Assembly (NCBI RefSeq): GCF_030144855.1
Contig: NC_082721.1
Location: 43,710,001-43,774,000 of the forward strand
Length of the DNA stretch: 64,000 bases
From: Hypanus sabinus
Taxonomy: Eukaryota
Reading direction: 5' to 3'
The position numbers were made by a program, and so were the translations under genes. Shown one piece after another: positions 38,578 through 52,937 of this stretch (position 1 is the stretch's first letter; each line of letters begins with the position of its first letter). The notes beneath the pieces are model-generated. The model ran no database searches and had not been told where the DNA came from. It was given only the letters and a program-made list of their open reading frames with translations.

Positions 38578-41500
38578 TGTGACTAGTGTCCTGAGATAGC
38601 TATATTTCAATGCAAGAAGTATCGCAGCAAAAGTGGATAATGATACTGAAGATGCGGTAGCTGGTTTACAAACAAAGGCGATGTGTAGTGAGGAGAGGGC
38701 GTTCATAGAGGAAAATTACAGTCAACAGGAGAAGTTCATTTTGGCCTGTAGGATGTTGTCGGTGAAACACCCTGGTTACCCATGCTGTGTAAGTCTAGAG
38801 AAGACAACCTTGGCCACGGAAAACTTGTGAGATTGAAGCGTTATCCCACTCCAAGCTCCCTGTTTGTGTTAATGCAGTGTAATTTGCTACCCTGTTACAA
38901 ATTAGTGACACTGAATACCGGACAGTACGCTACCTACGACTGAAAGATTTATCTTAATAATTCTTAACTTGTCTAAAGCGTTGGTAAAAAAAAAGAACAA
39001 AAAGGGGCCCAGTTTACCGAAAGTCTAATGTGCACAAGTTGGAGTCAGTTTCTCCAAGTCACCGATCCTCAATCAAACTCGTCCCGGGCTTTGTTGAATC
39101 AAGATCCCGCTCTGGGACAATGTCTGCAACCTTTACACTCCGGCGTCTTCCCTCTTCGTCTCCTCTCGAACAAACGGTCCAAGCCCAACCTTAGTGTCTC
39201 TCACCAAAAATCCTCCCCTTGGATTCGACCATCCTAATTGGATGGGACACATTTCTCGTCATCTCTTACCTTCAACAATAACCCAAACGTAAGTTGAAAA
39301 CAGAGCAAGCTGAAATAAAGCAGCTCTCACAGAACTGCCAAATGAAATGCATACAGCACAACATAAAATGCATACAGCATAAGAGTAAAAATATGAACCA
39401 GGGTATTACACTCAATCCACAGGAAAATAATAATGTCATCATGACTCCGGGTCAACACGCACCTCTTGTCTCAGAAGATGGTTTTGATGGAGAATCTTGA
39501 CAGGCCTATTTGCATCATTTGGTTTCACTCGGAACAATGGTATGTTTTGCACCAGTCTCTCAACAACATAGGTCGTAGATGTCCAGCAGTCAGCCAACTT
39601 ATTCTTCGCAGGTAGCTCCAATTTTTTAAATGAGGATTTGGTTTGCAGGCATGAGTTGGAAGACCCTAACCTATTGATCATACTTCCTGTTATTTACTTG
39701 TTTCTGCTTGGCAGTTGTGACGTCATCTAATTCGTAAGCCTTTTTCAGATCGCTTCTTATATCAGACACATACTTCAGATAAGTCTTCGGTGGTAGATCT
39801 TCTTCGCTCTCATAACAGAGGCCCATGTGCAAACTCGCCTCATGCCCAAACATCAGATAACATGGTGAGTATCCGTTAGCTTCATTTCGTGTCCATTTGT
39901 AATCGTGGACCAGATCTCCAATATGTTGATTCCACTTGCTCTTTTTACAGATCTCCAAGGTTTCGAGCATGACTAGCAAGTTCCGATTAAACCACTCGGG
40001 CTGGGGATCACCCTGTGGTTGATAAGGTGTTGTCCTTGACTTCTGGACTCCAAGCATGTTCAGTTGCCCATGTATAAGCCTACATCCAAAATCTCTTTCC
40101 TGATCGCTGTGTCAACCTCCAAATGGCCAGAATCACCATGAAACGATTTCAAAACAATCCTCCAATACTTCTCAGAGAGAACCAGCTGAGAATGCCAAGC
40201 CCAGTCCGGAGGCGGCGTGTCCTGGTATAGGATCTGGTTCCTCAATCCACAGCGTGCTTCGTCATCTCCGCTTGGGACATGTCTCCCTTCTGCACCACTG
40301 ACCAAACGGTACCGATAACCTGGTCATCTCGCGGAGTAGCTGCCACTTCTCCAGGACTTGATTCTGGCAACTGGTCTGTCTTCAGAGCAGTCAGGTTGCA
40401 GTAAACTTGTTGGATGGCACCATGAAAAGCTCGATCCTGCCCTAGCTTTTTCTCTGCCTTCACGTGAGTGAAATCTGGCACATAGCTTTCACTCCGGGGG
40501 CAACAATACTCTCCCACACTCTGTCCTGGCCGTCTTGTGCACGTCGAGACAATGCATCGGGATCAATGTTTCTACTTCCCAGCCGGTATTTCATGCTGAA
40601 ATCATAGACAACACTGCCACCAATGTCCTGTCGCATCCAATTTCGCCGAGGTCAGGATAAAAGTTAGGGGATTCTTGGCTGTCTTCACCTCAAACTTGCC
40701 ACCATAGAGGTAGTCACTCAGCTTAACCACCACAACCCATTTCAATGCCAGGAACTCCATCTTGTGTGTGGAATAGTTTTTCTCAGAGGGTGACAGACTC
40801 CGGCTAAGAAATGCAAAAGGTCTCAAATCTGTGCCATGATCCTGATACAGGACACCCACTAAGCCCTATCTCTACTTGCATCTTTATGTTGCACATGCGG
40901 CAATCAGGGTTGTAAAAGCCAGCACACACTCCTGTGTCAGCTACTCCTTCAGCGACGGAAAGGCCTTTTCAACTTTCGCATCCCACCTTGCGCCAAAAGA
41001 CTCCAAAGGTCTCAGATAATCTTTACCTTCCTCTGCTTTTGTCCTCCTCTCTTTCTTCCTTAAGGGAGAGTTACCGCACAAAAGCTGATTTAAAGGGTGC
41101 TCACTTTCATGTAGTCCTTCACGAACCTCTAATAGTACCCATAATCCCCAGGAACGAGCGCAAAGCGTCAACAATCTGGGGCCTTGGCGAGGTGGTCAAC
41201 GCCCCTATCGTAGACGGACCTGTAGCTATTACATGCCATGAGACTACGTGCCCAACATAATTGACAGACATCTGGCAGCACTGGCACTTATCCAGGGAAA
41301 GTTTTAACCCTTCAGATTTCAGGCGATCCAGTACCTTCTGTAGCCTTGATTCATGTTCCTTCAAGGTGGACACGAACTCTATGAGGTCATCCGGATTCAC
41401 CAATGCTTCAAGCAAGTTCATATTCCCGACCGTTTTCTCCATGACACGCTAGAAAGTCTCGGGAACTCCCGATCTGCCCTGGGGCATCATTTCGAACCGG

Positions 41501-41920
41501 AAGAATCCCAGTGGAAATATAAATGCCATCTTCTGTTTGTCAGCTTCACTCGTAGGGATCTAGTAATATCCACTCCTCAAATCCAGTGCACTGAACCACT
41601 TCGCACCACTCAGATAGTGTGGTGTCTTCGACCCTTCGAACTGTACACTGCTCTGGAACGGTACGTTCCCATTCTTCTTCCTGGCCACTACTATTACGAA
41701 AGCATAGGGACTTCTGGACTCAGTGATTACTCCAGCATCTTTCAGCTTCCTCAAATGCAGCTGAATCTTTCCAACCTCTGCAGGGGTTTCTCATCATTCT
41801 CGCTTCTTCCCCAGGCCATAAAATGACAGATTTTGATTGGATGAAACACAGAGTCCCTGGTCTAAGCTTAGTATCTGGCCCAGTGCTGCTACGCACTTCC
41901 TCTAAAGCAGCTCGAAACAC
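38578..41920 (-). mobile_element. Ty3/Gypsy LTR retrotransposon, family A (partial pol; possible 3' LTR 38578-39137)
   Basis: RT (SRSPYA..VVARKKNG, WFSALDLRSGYY, LKLSLDKC), RNase H (SRSLSPSEKNYSTHKMEFLALKW) and integrase (SRTTPYQPQGDPQPEWFNR, YSP.YLMFG). The putative LTR has TG...CA ends after a purine-rich tract but no second copy, so that part is low confidence. Confidence 0.85.
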
Positions 41921-44900
41921 CGGGTGAATGAACAATGTTTTCCGAAAGCTCTCTCCAGTTCCAAGTCTTGGTTAGACCTCTCAGTCTGACCATTCGTCTG
42001 AGGGTGAAAACCGTAATATAGGCTAGAAGTAGTTCAAATAAGTTTATAAAGCACTTTCCAAAACTTGGAAGTAATTTGTGAACCTGCGTGAGAGACAATA
42101 TCAGAAGGATATTCATGTATCCGTAACCTCTTTTGAAATGAAACGTCTGCAGTTCCTCTGGCTGCGGGAAATTTAGGCCGAGGAAAATTTACAGGCCATG
42201 CAAAATCCATCAACAAAGACTAACATTATAGAAAAAGAGTGTGAAGGGGGAAAAACAGATATAAAATGCAGAGAGAGATGAGACCAGGGACAGGATGGGA
42301 TCCGGAAGGGATGGAAAAGGGACGGGGGAGAGAATAGTAATATTTGGTACGAGCTCAAGCGTCGAAGGCTTCGACAAATTACTTGACATCCCTATTAACA
42401 TCAAGGTAGTGATGTATTTTTCTGAATTCTAAGGGTACGTGAAATTCAAGGGTGGGCTACTATATTGGATTAGTGTCCCCATTTGAGGACCTCCGACCTA
42501 AGTTTAAGTTCGGATGGCACAAAAAACAGGCAACCTTAGAGAATATTACTGGAAACTAGATCACTCCCCTCGAGTGCTTGTCTGGCTTGAGAATCAATAT
42601 CCTATGTGAGAGGACTCAAAATTTTATTCTCCAAAAGGATCGAATCCGGCCTATCTATCAAAACAAGGCGGGGCAGGGAAGAGGTGGTTCTGATTGCCTA
42701 GACAAGGTGCCTGACAGAATTAAAACAGTTGGAAAAAAAAAGCCAACGGGCTTATCATGAGTTAAGTCTCTTGGCATTCTGGGTATGCGTTAAATTCTTA
42801 TGATTCGTCCGTGAAAGAATCAGGTGCTCAGGTCCTTCAAACCAGTGCCGCCACTCTTTTAAGGTCAGCTCAACAATCAATAGTTTCTGGTTATCGATAT
42901 CATAATTGGATTCGGCTGGTGATAACAGTTTCAAAAAGTAAGCGCGGGTTTGCAATTTTTATCAATGTTGGAATGTTGGGACAAAATTGCAACCCTATTC
43001 CGAATTCAAAGGGCTGAATGGGGTTGAGTGGTTGTTATATGGGAGCATTGACAAAATGATTCTTCCGGTCACTAAAGGATAACTCCGCTTCTGCCGTCCA
43101 ACAGAAGCGACCTGACCTTTTCTAGCTGAGATTAATCAGGAGAGTAACCCCAGAGCTAAAATTCTTAATGAATCTCCTATAAAAGTTGGCAACCCCAAGA
43201 ATCTCTGAATCTGCTTGACAGAAGTGAGTGTGGGCCAGTTCTGAACGGCATGAGTTTTATGCTGTTCCATTAATCTGTTTCCCTGGGAAATAACAAATAC
43301 TGAAAATGAGACTTTAGGAACATGAAAATCACAATCTCTAGCTTGACAAATAAACTGTTATCCAATAAACACTGACGAACCTGAAAAACATGGGAGGCAT
43401 GTTACTGATAAGAGCTTCAAAAAAATCAAAAAGTCATCTAGGTATACAAAGACAAACTTGTTTAACATCCCTTCATTACATCATTAATGAATGGCTGAAA
43501 TGAATAACAGCTGGGACGTTAGCAAGCCCAAAGGACGAAATAAGATATTAGTAATGCCCGGTGAGGGTACTGACTGCTGTCTTCCTTTCATCACCCTGAT
43601 TAATCTGAATTAAACGGTAGACATTCTGAGAAGCAACTTAGTGAAACTGTTAGCTCCTTGCAGTATATGAAAGACTGAGTTGCATTAAGAGCAAGGGGTA
43701 ACAATTTTAATGTTAATCTTGGTAAGATCCCCATCATCAATACCAGGTCTCAGGCTGCCATCCTTCTTCGTGACAAAGATAAACCGTGCCCCTGTAGTGG
43801 AAATCAACGGTCCAATAACTCCGAGGCCAACACCTCTTTAAGATAATCACCCATAGCCCATCTCTCAGGACCAGATGGGGACATTTCCCTTGGGACAGGC
43901 GTGAACCAGGCAATAACTGAATGGTTCAATCATAATTAAGATAGGGTGGCAGCGAAGTAGCCTTTTTCTTGCTACAACTACTAGGAGATCTGAATATTCA
44001 GAAGGGTCTCTCTTAATCTTATTAATATCTTCTAACTCAGGAAGGTTGGATACAGATTCAGGGATCTTCGTTTTGAGCTCTGGTGCTTGGGACACATACT
44101 CCTGATTTTGGGAAGCCAATAAAAAACAAATATCCCTCCAGTTAGAGAATCAGCTGGTATTAACAACCTGGACAAGTCAATCACAAGGATCTGTTGAGAC
44201 AACCATGGATACCTAGAATAAGAGGGCTCTCTGTAGAATGAATCAAGTAGAATTTTAATAGTTCATAAGGATTCACAATTCAAAGTGCTCATTGGTCTGG
44301 GAATGTAACAAATGTTCCCTGGCTCAAGAAACGATCCAGTTCAGTGGTAGCAAGGGAATGATCAAGACTAGAGATAGGGGCCCCCACTTGTCGCGCTGCA
44401 CCTATATCTAAGAAGATACCTGCTGAGCCCAAGTCAACAAACACCTGAAAGGGAAACCACTTTTGATTGCATATCAAACAAGAGGGTAAATGCAACATCG
44501 ATGAAGTACTTATGGGAGAAGCCCCAGGGACGTCAAGATCCCCTTCTCGGCCTCACCAGTGTAGTCCAATGGAAAGCTGATGAATCAATACATTTGGCCC
44601 CAGCTTGGCTGCAGGACCTGCAGGAAGGATATTCAATGCCGTCCAGCTGCTTTGGGGGCTCCCCAAAGTCATATTTGCTGACTGGATTTACTCCCATAGA
44701 CTTCGTCGCTCCCGAAGCTGCCCACAAGGCAGTGGTGTTATTTACTTATAGCTGGGGATCTGGTTCACGAGCACTAGAACGTGTCCACACACCGGTGGGC
44801 CTGGTGTGCTACGTGTACATGGCCCAGGCCTCTTCTCCGTCCTCAGAATTTCAGCTTGAGTCCGAAAGGGGTTCAATTTCCGTGTGTCGCCAATGAGGAG

Positions 44901-45055
44901 GCACTACATGAGGCTTACTGTTGGAGGCGCTATGTATGGACAGGGTAAGACTTACACATTCGCCTATCCTTTCCACAAGACTGCTAACCAGTGGTTGAAG
45001 CTGTAACTGATAGCGAGAAGCACTACCTTCTATACTACCACACTAGATGCGTCAC
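41921..45055 (-). mobile_element. Ty3/Gypsy LTR retrotransposon, family B (Sushi-like), gag-protease-RT-RNaseH-integrase remnants
   Basis: Protease-like FVDLGSAG, RNase H SPAESNYDIDN.KLL..ELTLKEWRHWFEG and integrase PSDIVS..GSQITSKFW. Possible short 5' LTR (45055-44894, TG...CA) followed by TGGCG. Confidence 0.78.
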
Positions 45056-45350
45056 AGCAACCATTTTGATACCAAAGATTCTGTTTGACAGCATCTACGG
45101 AAGAGAGTACAGTTGATGTCTTGGCCCGAAACATGCACTGTATTCTTTTCCATATATGCTGTCTGGATTATTGAGTTCTTCCAATATTGTGTATGTATTC
45201 CAAGGACAAAGAATTCGAATAAAAGATAAACAATCCAAGGCAAACTGCATACCCACGAGGTTTCACCCAGAAAAAAGAATCGACATCCGAAATGGTGGAG
45301 AAAATCTATGACCCAAATGCAGATGGACAGCAGTAACATAAAAGGCAGTG

Positions 45351-46030
45351 AGATTCAGATTCAGATTTAGATTCAGTTTATTGTCATTTAGAAACCACAA
45401 ATGCAATGCATTTAAAAATGAGACAACGTTGCTCCAGAATGATATCACAAAAGCACATGACAAAACAGACTACACCAGAAAATCCACATAACATTTGGCA
45501 ATCCCCAATCCAGAGTCCAGAGAGGCTGCTGGTTATTAATTTCGTACTACCATCTTAGCGCATACCCAGAAAGGGGCTCCAAATCCACCAGACAAAACAA
45601 GACCAAAAACCAAAGCTACAAGAACTACAACTACAACAGTGCAAACAATAGCATAATTGATAAAAGCAGACCATGGACACAGTAAAAATAGTCCAAAGAT
45701 GTTAAAAGATTATAAATTCAAAAGAAACCACCACACAGTTTCCACAAGTCCTCAGGGTCCCGAGAGACTCGTCATCCCACACAGGCGGCAGAAGGGAATA
45801 CCCCGCTATGGACTTGCATGGCACCGCCCGACTCAGCCTCACAGACACAGCACACACTGAAAGCAACCTGACCGCAGTGGACTCCGAGTCCATCAAACCT
45901 CTGAGTCTCCGACCATCCCCTCCGGCACAGTGTCTCTGAGCACCATCCTCTGCCAAGCATATTAAGACCAGAGGCCATCGGCAACATGTCCCCGAGGACT
46001 AGGGGCCCGTTCTTCCCAGCAGAGACCCGA
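45351..46030 (-). mobile_element. Non-autonomous retroposon with a (TGAATC)n tail
   Basis: GATTCA tandem repeat at 45351-45375 followed by a non-coding, relatively CpG-rich body. Confidence 0.55.
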
Positions 46031-46339
46031 TGATGAGTTACTGAGAATGTTCAGGAGATCCTCATTCTTCAAAATGTTCTTGTCCAATACAGACATGGAC
46101 AGCAGTGTGGTACTTCATTCTGCACAAAGAAAGAAGGTGATTCTGAAGTCTCAGTAAAAGCAGATGTAGCTGAGATTGTGGCTGAGAACGAGGAAGTCTG
46201 GTGATGTCTATCTGAACTTAGCATGGGTATAGTAATAAGAAAAGAAGAGAGTAAATTAATAGGTTATGGAACAGATCAGAGGCAAGTGCAAGTGAGTACC
46301 TAGGGGTCGATATGAGAACCAATTCTTCCTGCATGCATA

Positions 46340-47460
46340 TTGATGACTTTCAGCATGGGATTTGATAATGTACCCCATGCATAGCTTATTGAGAAATTAA
46401 GGAGGCATGGGATCCAAGGGGACCTTGCTTTGTGGACCCAGAACTGGCCTCCCCACAGAAGGCAAAGACTGATTGTAGATGGGTCATACTCTGCAAGGAG
46501 GTTGGTAACAAGTAGTGTGCCTCAGAGATCTGTTCTGGGACCAATTTTCTTTGTGACTTTTATAAGTGATCTGGATGAGGAAGCGGAAGGATGGATTAAT
46601 AAATTTGCTGATGACACAAATGTTGGCGGTGGTGTGGGTAGCATGGAGGGCTGTAAGAGCTTACTGCGGGACATCGATTGGATGCAAAGCTGGGGTGAGA
46701 AGTTACAGATTGAGTTCAACCCAGATAAGGGTGTAGTGGTTCATTTTAGTAGGTCAAATATGATGGGAGAATATAATATTAATGGTAAGACTCTTGGTAG
46801 TGTGAAGGATCAGAGGGATCTTGGGTTCCAAGTCCATAGGACTCTCAAAACTCCTGCACAGGTTAACTGTGTGGTTAAGGAGGCATAACTAACCATGGGC
46901 CTTCATCAATCATGGGACTGAGTTTATGAACCAAGAGGTAATGTTTCTGCTATGAAGGACCCTGGTCAGACTCCATTTGGAGTACTGTGCTCATTTCTGG
47001 TCACCTCACTTCAGGAAGGATGCGATAAAGGAGATTTAAAAGGACTTTGGCAAGATTGGGTTGCAGGCCCTATGAGAATAGGTTGAGTAAACTTGGCCTT
47101 TTCTCCTTGGAGTGGCGGAGAATGAGAGGCGATCTGATACAGGTGTATAAGGTGATGAGATGCATTGATCCTGTGGATTGTCAAAGGCATTTTCCCAGGG
47201 CTGAAATAGCTAAGACAAGAGGGCACAGTTTTAAGGTGCAGAGATGTCAGGGGTAAGGTTTTTTTACGCAGAGTGTGGTGAGTGTGTGGAACGGGCTGCC
47301 AGCGATGGTGGTGGAGGCAGATACAATAGGGTCTTTTAAGAGATTCCTGGATAGGTACATGGAGCTTAGAAAAATAGATGGTTGTGTCTAACCTTAGGTA
47401 ATTTCTAAAATAAGTACATGTTCAGCACCGCCTCTATTGTGCTGTAGGATTTCTATGTTT
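46340..47460 (+). mobile_element. CR1-like LINE RT/3' fragment
   Basis: SSVPQRSVLGP..F..FISDLD...KFADDT (ORF 46430-46888). Confidence 0.85.
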
Positions 47461-47469
47461 GTATTCCAC

Positions 47470-47942
47470 CGTAGACAATAGACAATAGGTGCAGAAGTAG
47501 ACCTTTTGGCCCTTCGAGCACGCACCGCCATTTTGAGATCATGGCTGATCATCTACTATCAATACCCGGTTCTTGACTTGTCCCCATATCCCTTGATTCC
47601 CCTATCCATAAGATACCTATCTAGCTCCTTCTTGAAAGCATCCAGAGAATTGGCCTCCACTGCCTTCCAAGGCAGTGCATTCCAGACCCCCACAACTCTC
47701 TGGGAGAAGAAGTTTTTCCTTAACTCTGTCCTAAATTACCTACCCCTTATGCTCAAACCATGCCCTCTGGTACTGGACTCTCCCAGCATCTGGAACATAT
47801 TTCCTGCTTCTATCTTGTCCAATCCCTTAATAATCTTATATGTTGCAATCAGATCCCCTCTCAATCTCCTCAGTTCCAGCGTGTACAACCTCAGTCTCTC
47901 TAATCTCTCTGCGTAAGACAGTCCGGACATCCCAGGAATTAA
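47470..47942 (-). mobile_element. Young CR1-like 3' fragment with TAGACAA-type tail repeats
   Basis: GMSGLSYAERLERLRLYTLELRRLRGDLI (ORF 47736-48014); few lesions. Confidence 0.85.
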
Positions 47943-48570
47943 CTGTACTGAGTGACCAATCTGCCACACTGAATCAGTAGACGGTGGGGGTAGGCATCCT
48001 AGGGTCCAAGACAAATACAGAACTTCTGTCTACATGGCAATGTTCAGATTTGTTCTGTTCAACAAACAAATCATATTATGCAGACAAATCCTATCCAATG
48101 AATTTCTGTTTAATCAATCTGTTCCAAAATCATCAGCAAAGGGGAAAGGTACTATTGTCATTCAGATCATGTGAAAAATACCCTGGTTGGTCTCTTCATT
48201 GTCCATCACCGAAACTGGCTTGGTGCCCTTCTGCTGCAAGTTGTTTCTGTACTGAAAGACCAATCTGCCACACTGAATCTGTTTTTGATAGTTACTAACC
48301 CTATGTAGAAGCAGGTTTTCTAGGGTCCAGGACATATAAAGGTCTTCTCTCCACAGTGCAATGTTCAGGGTTTTTTTTTTCAGTTTGCCAAAAGCAGACT
48401 AATCTTATCCAGCTAATTACTGTCTAATCTGGCTACTCTCACTCATCAGCAAAGGGGGAAGGGGTCACTGACTACGTTATCATGCAGCAATTAGACAGTA
48501 ATAATCTGCTCACTGGTGCACTGTTTAAATTTGTTAGACATAATTGACCTTAGATCTGCAGACAAATCAG
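47943..48570 (+). repeat. Two-copy diverged tandem repeat, unit about 304 bp
   Basis: GACCAATCTGCCACACTGAATC is identical at 47954 and 48258; TAGGGTCC and CATCAGCAAAGGGG also recur about 300 bp apart. Confidence 0.8.
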
Positions 48571-49599
48571 TGGGAAACAGAGGAACAGATATGTAGGAAA
48601 ACCACAGAATAGTGCATGTCAAGGGTCTAATAGTAATGGGGATTTTAATATCTCCCTTATGGACTGGGATTTCTTTAGTATGAGGGGCTAGATGGGATGG
48701 AATTTATCAAGTGCATTAGAAGAAGTTTATGATCAATAGATATCCTGTATTGTAACCTACCTTTGGAGTGAGGATCAAGATGACAGCTTATGAGAACATC
48801 CAAAATGTTACAATGTAGATTGCAGAAGTATTTCACTCACCACAGTCATGAAATGCTTTAACAAGTTTATTCCAATGAAATGACTGTATATACAATCATG
48901 ATTTCTTGAGATGGAAAAACCATAATTTTCTAGCTTTACTTCCTGTTCCAAACTATATCAATAGATTTCCCCAGGTGAATGCAGCAACCATCCCTGCTCT
49001 GGGATTACAAATTAAAGCTCATTCAGGATGTCCACACTCCTGCTCACCATCAGTGACCCTAGATGCTGTGTGTGCGAGGAGGGAAACATTGGACCAGAAA
49101 AGTTTGTTTGCATTTGTCTATCCACCTTCCCATGAGAAGAGTGGTCACTGGTCACTGAGACAAAATGGTGCTGAACTCCTCAGAGAATGAGGGAAAGATG
49201 GACGACAAAAAGAATGAAACTAAATGGTTTAACACAGTGCAGATGTGTAAAATGAGAGATATTGAGTTATTCTGTATAGCCATTTATTACAGAGCTGATG
49301 TGTTATTAGAAACTGTTTTCTGTATCATTTAAGTAGGGCTAATGGTTAAATCGGGCTTGTATATTAACAACAGTCAAGAAGCCAGATCACTTTTTTGGGA
49401 TCACTCTGTGTGGAAGCCATGAACAGAGTTCAAAAATTGAATCTAAACAATGAGCACTATGGAAGGGCAGCAAAACTTACTGTTGCTAATCTGAAGGATA
49501 AATTTCTTTTATATAAGAATTTTGTTCATATTCCTTATAACCCTCCAGGAAGTAATGTACAGAGAGTGTATGATTTCCAGTTTAAAATGTTCTGCTGCT

Positions 49600-50700
49600 C
49601 TGTATTCAACTGACAGATGTATATCTCATGTTTTATAGTTGGGGTGGGGTAGGTTGTAGAGAGGATAAGTTTGCAGATGATCACAGAGCTGAGATGAGGT
49701 GGGAAGTGGCTGAGCTGGGGAGGTGTAGATGATACAAGAAGCTGCGAGCTGCTAGGTGGAAGAGGCAAAGGGCTGAAGAAGAAGAAGGAATCTAATAGGA
49801 GGCAACAGTGGAACAAGTATCAAAGAGCAGGAGTTTCCACAGGGAGATGATGGTTATGAGAGTGGAGAAAAAGAGAATGGGTTATACGGTAACCTGAAAG
49901 TGAATGTGAAAAAGAGAAGGGGCGGGGGAGAATAGTAGAGGTTAGAAAATGCTGAAAGTGAGAGAAATTGATGTTCATGCACTGAGATTGGCTGGTAACC
50001 CGACAGAATATGAGGTGTTACTCCTCCAGCCTGATTTTGGCCTCATCATAGCAGTAGAGAAGTTGAATTGAAATGGGTGGCAACAAAAAGATCCTGGCTA
50101 TCGCGGAGAGCAGAGTCGAGATGCTTGACAAAGCAGTCACCCGACTTTTTCTGAACTCACTAATATAGAGAAGCCGTACCAAAAGCAGTGATACAATGGA
50201 TGATCCAGATAGGCTCACAAGTGAAGCATTGCTATGCTTTAAAGGACTATTTCAGGCCGTGAATAGTGATGGTGGGGGAAGTAGCACTTCTGACATTGAC
50301 TGGGATAAGTGCCAGCAGGATGAACAGTAGGGAGCGATGAGTGGGCAAGAGAATATTGCAGAAGCAATCTCTATGGGAAGCAGTGAGCCTATCTGGATCA
50401 TCCATTGTATCACTGCTTTTGGTACGGCTTCTCTATATTGTGAAGAATTATATGCTGGATGTAGAGGCCGCAGCGGTGGCTGGAAAAGACCTAACACTGT
50501 TACAATGTAGGAAGATTGCATAAGGGTAGATGTGTGGCAACTGGAAGAGATGTGGATGAATGTTGCATCAACTATGAAAGGGAACCATTAGTTTTTATAT
50601 ATGTAACTAAATGAAGACATCTCACATGCTCCAGAATAGAAAGTTGGAGAACAGATGCAATATGGATGTAGGAACAGAGAAAAAGGAATAACACTTTTAC
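49600..50700 (-). mobile_element. Decayed Penelope-like element (GIY-YIG region)
   Basis: Same family sequence as 17423-18100 (TTGATGTTCATG, CTCCTCCAGCCTGA, GGCCTCATC). A further copy lies at about 51290-51620. Confidence 0.65.
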
Positions 50701-52937
50701 ATGTATCAGGATGGGAAGACATGTAATCAAGATATATGCGAGAGTTGGTGGTATTGTAAAGAAATGGCAATATCTATCTCGGGAGATATGGTGCTGTGTG
50801 AGTTGCTCAATATTTCCAGGAGCTGCTCTCTCTGTTGTGTCATTGAATTGCCAGGCTGTCAGTTACCCCAACCTCTTTCCAGAGAGACTTGTGTGAATTA
50901 TAATGTGGTCAGTATAGACAAAGTGCATTGAGAACAGTAAGAGCCTAGTGAAAAGGTAATGATGCTCAAGTGATGAATTCCACACTGGAATGGACGGTAC
51001 TGACATCACCTCTCTTGCTATTAAATCTAAAGAGCCCTGGATAAGATGGATTGATTCCTAGAGCTCAGTCTACTCAGAAATGCACTGTGACCCTTATGAT
51101 ATTCATGTGGGCTGGATAGATCAAGAGATAGAGAATTAAGAATCTGGTACGAGACGAGAGTGAACAATGGGAGAAAGGGATGGAGAACAAGATCCACTAT
51201 GAAGTAATAGGCAGATAATATGTCAGGGTGGTGAATAAATGAGGGGTATGGGTTGCTTTTTGTTTCCCGGAAGGAGAAATCAGTATTTATGCCATCAATG
51301 GAGGGTACCTAGCCTGAATATAAATTGGTACTCCTCCACCTTCAGGGTTGCCTTGTCTTGGCAAAAGTGGAAGTCATGGATCAACCCAATGGAACGGGAG
51401 CAGGAGTGGATATCAGAATTCAGATTTTACGCCACCGGCAAGTCCTGCTCATGGCAAATGGTGCAGAGACACTCGACAAACGGTATCACCAATGTAAAGG
51501 GGCCGCACTGAAGGCACGGGCCACACTGAATGACTCCAGCAGGTTCACAGGTGAAGTGTTGCATCACCCGGAAGGACTTTTTGGGGCCATAGATGGAGGT
51601 GAGGGAAGAGATATGCAGGAGGGAGAGTATATGAGCTTATTCCAACTTTTCAAGTTTGCAAGCAGGAGATGGTGGCAATTGTAAATGATGATAACACATA
51701 CTCAGTACGAGTGCAAGAGAAACAATACCTGATGTATTTAAACGCAGAGGGAATAGCAAAATGGGAATAATTTTAAAACCCTGACAAAATGAAAATAACG
51801 GTATATTGTTCTGTCTTAAGTGGATTGAAAGTGCTAGAACTATTACAATCCATCACATAGGTCTTCCTTCGAATCAAAATATAGAGAGCACTGGCTGGCT
51901 GCATGAGTAGGACTCGCAAATATGCACTATGGAAGAAGACATCCTCCGATGTGATAATACCTGACACATTTGTGGAATGTGATTCTGATTAACTGGAATT
52001 GGCTTCACGTTACTCTAAATAAAGTATGGGATTGAGGGTCCAGCTTTTGGATCCCTTCTTAACTTGTTATAATCGTATTATTGTTTGTGCTTGTACAACA
52101 TCTTATTTTTAGCTGTCTGCCTTTATGAAGTCTATTACGATAATTACACTGCATGCACGATTATATTATAGTTACTAAGTGAGTTTGTAACTTCTATTTA
52201 GTCTTGTATTTTGTTCATGTATACTGTATCAAAGTGGAATCAAAGGCTGGAGTGTAAGGAAAAAGTTAAAATTGATTCCTTCTTAGTATCTGCCAAATGT
52301 GTAACACACAATGGGGGTTAGTAACATGTAATCTGGAATATGGGAATGTTTTGAGAAAGCACAAGGGCACATGTCCACAGCAATGTTTGGCGAACTTAGT
52401 GTGAGTACTATTCTACAGTCCTGAGAGTCGATAATGGTGAAACACATCTTTGTGCGGAGGCAATATGACTTAGCAGCTGTAGAAACAACATGGCTTTCCA
52501 TAGGAAAGAATCAGGGCAAAGTATCTTAAAGAGTATTAAATGGGTCAATATGTTGTGCATTGGAATCTTCTCGTGCTGTGTCATGACTAGTAGAAGAGTT
52601 GGAAATGGGTCCAAGGACATCAAGAGAGAGTCAACCCTCACCATTCCGACCTCCTTCTCTTCCTTACTTCTCGGTCTCTTTCTCTCACCTCATCAATTCT
52701 TTCCACCCCATGTTTGCCTGTTTGTCTGTCTCTCTGCCTCTTCCTCTCTCCCCATCCCCTCCTTCCCTTCCCCACCTACAAGTCTGTAGGATTTCAGACA
52801 TTTGAACTCCCGGACCACATTGGTTGGTGCGATTCAGCCTGTGCGGGTCTCCTCCCTCTTCCCACCCGACATGAGATAGGAAAGAGCATACAGGAGAACA
52901 AGAAACACACACAGAAATCATTCGTGCACTGATCATC

